Shown here: in pieces, positions 57,064 to 64,000 of the stretch | Layout: each line of letters opens with the position of its first letter | How positions within the stretch are numbered: position 1 is the stretch's first letter | From: an uncultured delta proteobacterium | Lineage (GTDB): Bacteria > Desulfobacterota > Desulfuromonadia > Geobacterales > Pseudopelobacteraceae | Reading direction: 5' to 3' | Length of the DNA: 64,000 bases | Assembly (NCBI GenBank): GCA_963772835.1 | Contig: CAVYYZ010000006.1 | Span: 1-64,000 of the forward strand | Program-made: the position numbers and the translations under genes | Notes under the pieces: generated by a model | The model's input: only the letters and a program-made list of their open reading frames with translations | Databases searched by the model: none | Told to the model about the DNA's origin: nothing

Positions 57064-58842
57064 TTAAAATATGTACTTATCCGCTTCGAGCGAAGCCGCC
57101 GCCAGCTGACGTTTTGCCTTGAGCAGGCCGGTGGCATCGTACTTGGTAAACCTGCGGATCCCCGCCAGCAGCATGGTAAGGGTATCCCCCTCCTCGATAT
57201 AGTAAGCTGCCCGACGCGCGGCGGATGCCGCTTTTTCTGTGCCATTGAAGGTGAACACCTTCACGGCGGCGCTGACGGAGATCTTTTTGCTGTCGCTCAG
57301 TTTCGGAAGGATTTTCTCTGCACGCAGGACGGCGCTTTCGATCGCAAAGATGTTGATAGCCAGATCCGCTACGGCCAGCAGAATTTCCTGCTCGTCTTTG
57401 ATCGTATCCATGAATTTCTGTACGCCGCTGCCGGCAATTACCAGGAAAGCCTGTTTCAAACTGGCGATCAGAGCTTTTTCCGCCGCAAACGGCACGGAAT
57501 CGTCACGTTCATCAAAGGATGGCGACATCAGGGATTCAAAGGCTTTCATCGCCTCTTTCTGAAGCGGGATCTCCCCTTTCATGGCGCGGCGGAGAATTAT
57601 GCCGGGGATCAACAGGCGGTTGATTTCGTTGGTTCCTTCCCAGATCCGGTTGATTCTCTCGTCACGGTAATATCCCTCAGCGGCGTATTCCTGGATAAAT
57701 CCGTAGCCGCCGTGAATCTGTACGACCGCATCGACGACATCCGCCAGCATCTCACTGCATAACACTTTGACGATGGCGCATTCGACGGAATATTCCTCGA
57801 TTCCCTGCTGATATGTTTCGTAGTAGTCATCCGTACCTTTCGGGAGAGTGGCGAGGCGATCGTCGATCAGGCCTGCCAGTCGATAAACAACCGATTCCGA
57901 TGCGAAGATGGCTGCGCTCATGTCGGCAATCTTTTCCTGAATGGCGCCGAAGGTGCCGATGGTCACGCCGAAGGCTTTGCGCTCGTTGGCATATTTTATT
58001 CCGGTGGTGAGTGCTGTCTTTGCGGCGCCGGTGGCGCCCGCTCCAAGTTTGAAGCGTCCGACATTCAGGACGTTGAAGGCGATCTTGTGTCCCTTTCCGA
58101 TTTCTCCCAGCAGATTTTCAACAGGTACTTTGGCATCTTCAAGAATGATCTGGGTGGTGGACGATCCCCTGACCCCCATCTTGTTCTCTTCAGGTCCCAC
58201 GCTCAGCCCTTCAGTCGTCCGTTCCACCAGGAAACCGGTGAAGTGCTGCTTGTCGATTTTGGCAAAAACGGTGAAGAAATCGGCGATGCCGCCGTTGGTG
58301 ATAAACTGTTTGGTGCCGTTGAGGATATAGTACTTTCCATCCGGGGAGAGGATGGCGCTTGCCGAGGCACCAAGCGCGTCGCTCCCGGAGCCTGGTTCGG
58401 TCAGGCAGTAGGCCGCAATCCATTCTCCGGAAATGATCTTGTGCAGATACCGCTCTTTCTGCTCTTTCGTGCCGTAATAAACCAGCGGGAGCGTGCCGAT
58501 ACCGGTATGTGCCGAGTAGGTGACAGAAAATGAGCCGGCCTGGGCCAGTTTTTCGGCGGCCAGCATGCTGGTCGCTTTGTCCAGTTCCAGACCGCCATAC
58601 TCCTCGGGGGCATCAATCATGAGCAGCCCGAGCTCTCCGCACTTCTTCATAAGTTCTACCGTCAGCGGAAGATTATGATGCTCGATCTCCTCACGATGCG
58701 GGATAACCTCATTCAGGACAAACTGCTCGGTCGTATCGCCGATCTGGCGCTGCTCGTCACTGAAATCCTCCGGTGTGAAAATGTCGTTTTTATCAGCTTC
58801 TATTATCAGATATTCGGCACCTTTGAATAGTTTTGCAGCCAT
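57064..58842 (-). CDS. Acyl-CoA dehydrogenase (long, FadE/AcdA-like)
   Basis: AYCLTEPGSGSDA, G.KQFITN, KMG.RGS, VQIHGGYGF, RI.RIWEGTNEIN. Confidence 0.95.
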   Translation of the reverse strand: MAAKLFKGAEYLIIEADKNDIFTPEDFSDEQRQIGDTTEQFVLNEVIPHREEIEHHNLPLTVELMKKCGELGLLMIDAPEEYGGLELDKATSMLAAEKLAQAGSFSVTYSAHTGIGTLPLVYYGTKEQKERYLHKIISGEWIAAYCLTEPGSGSDALGASASAILSPDGKYYILNGTKQFITNGGIADFFTVFAKIDKQHFTGFLVERTTEGLSVGPEENKMGVRGSSTTQIILEDAKVPVENLLGEIGKGHKIAFNVLNVGRFKLGAGATGAAKTALTTGIKYANERKAFGVTIGTFGAIQEKIADMSAAIFASESVVYRLAGLIDDRLATLPKGTDDYYETYQQGIEEYSVECAIVKVLCSEMLADVVDAVVQIHGGYGFIQEYAAEGYYRDERINRIWEGTNEINRLLIPGIILRRAMKGEIPLQKEAMKAFESLMSPSFDERDDSVPFAAEKALIASLKQAFLVIAGSGVQKFMDTIKDEQEILLAVADLAINIFAIESAVLRAEKILPKLSDSKKISVSAAVKVFTFNGTEKAASAARRAAYYIEEGDTLTMLLAGIRRFTKYDATGLLKAKRQLAAASLEADKYIF

Positions 58843-58903
58843 GATGTCACCTCGTTTTTGTAATGGTTACGCGTCGCTACGGTAGTAAACTGCAAAATCT
58901 GTG

Positions 58904-59008
58904 TTACAGGGATGAAGGAGATAACTATAATAGACTGGAAGCTTTTGTATGGATTAGAACAAAAAAGTCTTTATGGTTGTATCTCCGTAATCTTTTTTCT
59001 CCCTGTAA
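58904..59008. repeat. Intergenic long imperfect inverted-repeat element
   Basis: TTACAGGGA..GGAGATA..AGACT pairs with AGTCT..TATCTCC..TCCCTGTAA. Confidence 0.7.
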
Positions 59009-59075
59009 TGAATATTGTTGGTTATGTTCTGTTTTGCTTACTGATACCAATGTACAAAAGCATGTTCTCCGACTC

Positions 59076-60248
59076 CTACACCTTCTCAAAAATTCCCGCC
59101 GCACCCATGCCGCCGCCGATACACATGGACACGATGCCGTAGCGGGTATCTGTGCGCTGCATCTCCTGGAGAATGGTGGCGGTCAGTTTTGAACCGGTGC
59201 ACCCCAGCGGATGGCCGAGAGCGATCGCCCCGCCATTTACGTTGACCCGGGCGGGATCAATTCCGAGCTCCTTGACGCAGGCGAGGGATTGTGCCGCAAA
59301 CGCTTCGTTCAGCTCGATCAGACCGATATCCTCCAGAGTCAGGCCGGCCATTTTCAACGCGGCCGGAATGGCGGCCACCGGGCCTATACCCATCAATTCC
59401 GGCGGGACTCCTTTTACGGCAAAGGCCACGAATCGTGCCAATGCCTTTTTGCCGATCTTTTTCAGGTAGTCCTCAGAGACAACCAGCACAGCCGCAGCTC
59501 CATCGGTCATCTGTGAGGTGTTGCCGGCAGTAACCGTTCCGGTTGCCTTGAAAGCCGGTTTCAATTTTGCGAGACCCGCTGCAGTAGTATCACCGCGCAC
59601 ACCGTCATCGGTATCGACCAGGCCTGTGCTCCGCTTCATTTTCCCGTTTACCAGAGTACAGTTCTCCGTTTCGACCGGGATTATTTCAGCCTTGAATTTT
59701 CCCGCTGCGATGGCTGCGGCAGCCTTGGCATGGCTGGACGCGGCAAAAGCATCCTGCTGTTCGCGGGTGATGCCGTACTTATCAGCAACCAGTTCAGCAG
59801 TAATACCCATCGAGGCGAACGCTTCCGGCCAGCTGGCCATCAGTGAAGGATTGGCGCTGTAACGGCCGCCCCCCATCGGAATCATGCTCATGCTCTCGGC
59901 GCCGCCGGCAATGATGCAGTCGGCAAAGCCTGCCATGATCCTCTCCGCTGCAGTGGCGATTGTCTGCAGTCCGGAGGAGCAGAACCGGTTGACCGTCTGT
60001 GCCGGAACTTCGACCGGTACTCCGGCCTTCATGGCCGCAACACGTGCAAAGTTCATCCCCTGCTCCGCTTCGGGGAAGGCACAGCCGATAATTATGTCTT
60101 CGACATCGTGCGGGTCTATACCGGTTCTCTCCAGCAGTCCCTTGATTGCCGCCGCTGCAAGGTCGTCGGGGCGTACATCCTTCAGTTTTCCTTTTTTTGC
60201 ACGGCAGCCGGGAGTGCGGTAGGCGGCCAGAATATATGCATTTCTCAT
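59076..60248 (-). CDS. fadA: 3-ketoacyl-CoA thiolase
   Basis: [32 protein letters not shown]. Confidence 0.93.
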   Translation of the reverse strand: MRNAYILAAYRTPGCRAKKGKLKDVRPDDLAAAAIKGLLERTGIDPHDVEDIIIGCAFPEAEQGMNFARVAAMKAGVPVEVPAQTVNRFCSSGLQTIATAAERIMAGFADCIIAGGAESMSMIPMGGGRYSANPSLMASWPEAFASMGITAELVADKYGITREQQDAFAASSHAKAAAAIAAGKFKAEIIPVETENCTLVNGKMKRSTGLVDTDDGVRGDTTAAGLAKLKPAFKATGTVTAGNTSQMTDGAAAVLVVSEDYLKKIGKKALARFVAFAVKGVPPELMGIGPVAAIPAALKMAGLTLEDIGLIELNEAFAAQSLACVKELGIDPARVNVNGGAIALGHPLGCTGSKLTATILQEMQRTDTRYGIVSMCIGGGMGAAGIFEKV

Positions 60249-60296
60249 TGTGTCCTCCGTAATTGTTGTCTGTAATCCTGATAATGCAGCTTTTCA

Positions 60297-60436
60297 CCAC
60301 TAAGGCACTAAGCTCACGAAGAAAACGGGTGTATCGATGGTAATCAATCGTCAGGCAGGAAATTCATACTCTGATTATGTTTGAATCCCGCCCGGATGTT
60401 TCAAAATCTTACTTCGTGTCCTTCGTGCCTTAGTGG
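60297..60436. repeat. Intergenic inverted-repeat element with 25-bp periodic arms (REP/MITE-like)
   Basis: CCACTAAGGCACTAAGCTCACGAAG ... CTTCGTGTCCTTCGTGCCTTAGTGG, 22 of 25 complementary, made of three CAC(T/G)AAG units. Confidence 0.85.
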
Positions 60437-60458
60437 AGAGACAGGTACTGATTCATAT

Positions 60459-62846
60459 TTAATTCCGCAGCGGCTTGCCCTTCTTGAGCATATGCTGGAT
60501 CCGCTCCAGGGTCTTCTTCTGCCCGCAGAGCCGGACAAAAGCCTCCCGCTCCAGGTCCAGCAGGTATTCCTCGGAGATCAGAGTTCCGCCGGGAACATCC
60601 CCGCCGGTGATGACTTCTGCGACCATGCCGGCCAGATACTGGTCATATTCGGAGATATAGCCACCCTGCTGCATATTCCAGAGCTGCGACTTGATGGTGG
60701 CGGCAACGCTCCGCCCGGGCGCCTTCAGGTCGGTCAGCGGCCTGCCGGGACGGTAGTTTGCCGACAGTGAAATCGCCTTCAGTTTAGCGTCATGGATACG
60801 CTTGTCGATGTCCATGGTGATAGCATCCCCCTGGCGCATAAATCCCATCGGTACCAGTTCTGCCGCCGACATACTGACCTTTGCCATGGCAATATTCATG
60901 AAGTTCTTGAAGATGAACGGGGTTGCATCGATATCGTATTCTTCGGCCAGCTTGATGGCGCGAACCGCCATTTCCTTGGTCCCGCCGCCGGCAGGGAGCA
61001 GGCCGACGCCCAGTTCCACCAGGCCCATGTAGGTCTCGGCGTGGGGAATTATCGCATCGGAGTGCAGGCAGGTTTCGCAGCCGCCACCCATGACCAGGTG
61101 GTGAGGAGCCGCCACGACCGGGATTTTGGAGTATTTGATTGCCATCATCGCCTTTTGAAATCCCTTGACCGTCATGGCAATTTCATCATATGCCCCTTCG
61201 GCGACCGCCATAACCAGCAGCATCAGGTTGGCACCGGCCGAAAACATACTCCCCTCGTTGGCGATGACCAGACCGACGCCCTCCTCTTCCGTTCGTTTGA
61301 TAGCCTTATGAACCATGGAGAGGATCTCGCCGCCGATGGCATTCATCTTGGTATGGAATTCAAGACAGAATACGCCGTCACCCAGATCGACCACTGACGC
61401 ACCGCTGTTCTTTTCAAGCACCTTGTTGTTCCTCTTAAGAATTGAGAGGCTGATATGCCCGGGTTTCTGCGGGACTTCACGGTACTCGTTGTGGAGAATG
61501 CTGTAGTAGTAATTGCGTCCGCTCTCGAATTTGTAGAAGCACTCTATATTCTTGAGGCCTTCCGGTACCTGCACGCCGTCTTTTCCGGCCCGTTCCACGA
61601 AGTAGGCTACGCCGATGGCATCCAGCATCTCGAAGGGACCGAGTTCCCAGTTAAAACCCCATTTCATGGCATTGTCTATGTTGACGATGTCGTCGGCAAT
61701 TTCCGGTATCCGGTTGAATGTATAGATCAGCGTGTCCCGCAGGTTGGTCCAGGCAAACTGTGCCGCCTTATCGCTCCCGGTAACAACGGCCTGGAGACGT
61801 TTGGCAGGATCGTCGATCGACTTGGCCGCTTCAATTGAAGCGAATTTAGGGCGCTGCGAAGGAGCATATTCACCGGTGGTATAATCGTAGTAGAAGAATT
61901 CCTGCCCCTTTTCCCCTTTGACCTTCTTGAAGAACCCCTGCCTGCTCTTGTTGCCCAGTAGCCCCTTGGCAACCATTTCACGTATGAAATCAGGGAATTT
62001 GAAGATATCGCGCTGTTCGTCAGCGGTCAGCAGCTCGTAAGAGTTCCCGGCGACATGCTGGAGCGTGTCGATGCCGACCAGGTCGGCGGTGCGGAAAGCG
62101 GCACTTTTGGGACGGGCCGTCGCCGAGCCGGCGACGGCGTCCACTTCCTCAACGGTCATGCCGGTTTCCATCATGGTACGTATGCAGTTACAGATGGCAT
62201 AGACACCGATGCGGTTGGCGATGAAGTTGGGTGTATCCTTGGCGTAGACTATCCCTTTGCCGAGTCGTTTGGAAATAAACCCGGCCATAAACGCCGTCAC
62301 CGCAGGATCGGTATAGGAACAGGAGACTATTTCCAGCAGACGCATATAGCGGGGCGGATTGAAGAAGTGGGTAACCAGGAAATTCTTCCGGATATTTTCC
62401 GGTAGACATTCTGCCATCTCGTTGACGGAGAGGCCGCTGGTGTTGGTGGAGAGGACCGCCCCCTCTTTGAGGTTCGGAACAACTTTTTCGGCGAAAAGTT
62501 TTTTCTTGATGGCCATGTTCTCGATTACAACCTCGACAACCCAGTCGCACTCCTTCAACTTCGGCATGTCGTCGTCGAAGTTGCCGACCTCAATGTTGGC
62601 CGCATAGCCCGGCAGGAAGAACGGTGCCGGTTTCATCTTCATCAGCCCGTCCCGTCCGGCTGTCGCAATACGGTTGCGCACCCTGCTGTCAGCAATAGTC
62701 AGGCCTCCCGCCGCCTCGACATCATTCAGCTCACGAGGTACGATATCGAGCAGAAGCACCTGAATACCGGCATTTGCGAGGTGTGCGGCAATGGTCGCCC
62801 CCATTACTCCCGCCCCCAGAACCGCTACTTTGTTAATCTGTTTCAT
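60459..62846 (-). CDS. 3-hydroxyacyl-CoA dehydrogenase / enoyl-CoA hydratase (FadN-type domain order)
   Basis: N-terminal GAGVMG, EVVIE, TNTSG, HFFNPPRY; C-terminal crotonase FSAGANL, GGGCE, GLVE.GVG. Confidence 0.93.
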   Translation of the reverse strand: MKQINKVAVLGAGVMGATIAAHLANAGIQVLLLDIVPRELNDVEAAGGLTIADSRVRNRIATAGRDGLMKMKPAPFFLPGYAANIEVGNFDDDMPKLKECDWVVEVVIENMAIKKKLFAEKVVPNLKEGAVLSTNTSGLSVNEMAECLPENIRKNFLVTHFFNPPRYMRLLEIVSCSYTDPAVTAFMAGFISKRLGKGIVYAKDTPNFIANRIGVYAICNCIRTMMETGMTVEEVDAVAGSATARPKSAAFRTADLVGIDTLQHVAGNSYELLTADEQRDIFKFPDFIREMVAKGLLGNKSRQGFFKKVKGEKGQEFFYYDYTTGEYAPSQRPKFASIEAAKSIDDPAKRLQAVVTGSDKAAQFAWTNLRDTLIYTFNRIPEIADDIVNIDNAMKWGFNWELGPFEMLDAIGVAYFVERAGKDGVQVPEGLKNIECFYKFESGRNYYYSILHNEYREVPQKPGHISLSILKRNNKVLEKNSGASVVDLGDGVFCLEFHTKMNAIGGEILSMVHKAIKRTEEEGVGLVIANEGSMFSAGANLMLLVMAVAEGAYDEIAMTVKGFQKAMMAIKYSKIPVVAAPHHLVMGGGCETCLHSDAIIPHAETYMGLVELGVGLLPAGGGTKEMAVRAIKLAEEYDIDATPFIFKNFMNIAMAKVSMSAAELVPMGFMRQGDAITMDIDKRIHDAKLKAISLSANYRPGRPLTDLKAPGRSVAATIKSQLWNMQQGGYISEYDQYLAGMVAEVITGGDVPGGTLISEEYLLDLEREAFVRLCGQKKTLERIQHMLKKGKPLRN

Positions 62847-62885
62847 CTTGTTCCTCCGGTCAGCACTGATTATTGTTCTGCGTTC

Positions 62886-64000
62886 CTAGTTACTGTGATC
62901 ACTGTACAGATCTTCGATTTTGTGTTTGTACTTTTCATAAATAATCTTGCGTCTCAGTTTCAGCGTCGGGGTCAATTCACCACCTTCGATGGAAAAGTCG
63001 TGGGCAAGCAGCACAAACTTCTTGATGGTCTCATACTGGGGAAGACGGCTGTTGATTTCGGAAAGCCTCTGTTCGAACAACCTCTGAACCGGTTCGTGCA
63101 TCACTAGATCATCGAGTTCGTAATAGTGAATGTGTTTTTCCTTGGCAAATTCCAGCAGTCTTTCCAGATTCGGAACAATCAGGGCGGTCAGATACGGTTT
63201 GCGGTCGCCGTACACAAAAGCCGAGGAGACGTATTTATCCATCTTCAATTCGTTTTCGATCGGTTGGGGAGCGATGTTTTTCCCGCCTGCTGTAATAATC
63301 AGTTCTTTCTTGCGGTCGGTAATAAATACGAAGCCGTCTTCGATAAGCCCGATATCTCCGGTCTTGAACCAGCCGTCCTGGACCGCTTCGGCAGTGGCGA
63401 CCGGGTCGTTGTAGTACCCGAGCATGAGCTGCGGACCCTTTACCAGAATTTCGCCGTCCGCCGCTATTTTGAACTCTGTCTTCTCCAGAGCGACCCCGAC
63501 AGATCCAAAGCGAATATGTTCGAAGTTGTTGAAACTGAGGGCCGGGCTTGTCTCGGTAAGCCCATATCCCTCAAAAATCGGGATTCCGATCACCCAGAAA
63601 AATTCATTGATCGTTTTGTCCAGCGGGGCACCACCCGAGCAGAACAATTTCATGTTCCCGCCGAATCTGGCTCTGACCTTGCTGAATACCAGACGATCTG
63701 CCACGCGGTATTTGAGATTGAGCATTGTATTTGGCTGTTTGTCTATATAAGTGGCAGCAACGTATTTTTTGCCGACATCTACCGCCCAGTGAAACAGGGC
63801 TCTTTTTACAGAAGACATCTGGTGGGCATTTTCGAAAATCCGGTGATATATCTTTTCGAACAGGCGGGGAACACAGACCATGACGGTCGGTCGGATCTCC
63901 ATCATATTTTCAGGAACTTTTTCAATGCTGTCGGCAAAAGCCATCAGAGCGCCGTTGCGGATGGTCATGTAGTAACCTGCAGTACGTTCAAGAATGTGAC
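62886..64000 (-). CDS. fadD: Long-chain fatty-acid-CoA ligase, 5' part outside the window
   Basis: SGGAPL, EGYGLTETSP, WFKTGDIG, DRKKELI.TAGGKNIAP, LTPTLK; frame open to the window edge. Confidence 0.9.
   Translation of the reverse strand, partial: HILERTAGYYMTIRNGALMAFADSIEKVPENMMEIRPTVMVCVPRLFEKIYHRIFENAHQMSSVKRALFHWAVDVGKKYVAATYIDKQPNTMLNLKYRVADRLVFSKVRARFGGNMKLFCSGGAPLDKTINEFFWVIGIPIFEGYGLTETSPALSFNNFEHIRFGSVGVALEKTEFKIAADGEILVKGPQLMLGYYNDPVATAEAVQDGWFKTGDIGLIEDGFVFITDRKKELIITAGGKNIAPQPIENELKMDKYVSSAFVYGDRKPYLTALIVPNLERLLEFAKEKHIHYYELDDLVMHEPVQRLFEQRLSEINSRLPQYETIKKFVLLAHDFSIEGGELTPTLKLRRKIIYEKYKHKIEDLYSDHSN

Overview
Bacterial chromosomal window, most likely from an anaerobic deltaproteobacterium of the Geobacteraceae/Desulfuromonadales type (inferred from gene content only). 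Left to right it holds: (1) the 5' end of a Tat-exported selenocysteine formate dehydrogenase alpha subunit, whose upstream region has a sigma54 promoter, tandem enhancer-like sites, a Moco/Tuco-class riboswitch and a SECIS-like hairpin, facing a divergent NtrC-type two-component system and mobB; (2) housekeeping and transport genes (ygbA-like gene plus ferredoxin, solute-binding protein plus hybrid kinase, macrodomain, ABC exporter, MoxR/VWA, ABC-F, aspA, NifU-like); (3) a compact five-gene signalling operon (21.5-28.6 kb) encoding a stand-alone receiver, a membrane HAMP-PAS-pseudokinase-DEDDh exonuclease fusion, a 63-aa membrane protein, an SLC5/STAC/GAF histidine kinase and a DUF294 nucleotidyltransferase, with no DNA-binding output; (4) a small AT-rich accessory islet (SeqA-N/RHH-like gene under a 44-bp palindrome, lipoprotein, orphan antitoxin-like gene, MNT-HEPN pair); (5) a six-gene envelope operon around LpoB/YcfL; (6) a glycerophospholipid-turnover operon and a 12-gene beta-oxidation cluster that includes a secreted chalcone-isomerase-fold protein and three long intergenic inverted-repeat elements. 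The best candidate for an undescribed system is operon (3). No rRNA, tRNA, CRISPR array or intact transposase was recognised. All assignments come from reading motifs; no searches were run.
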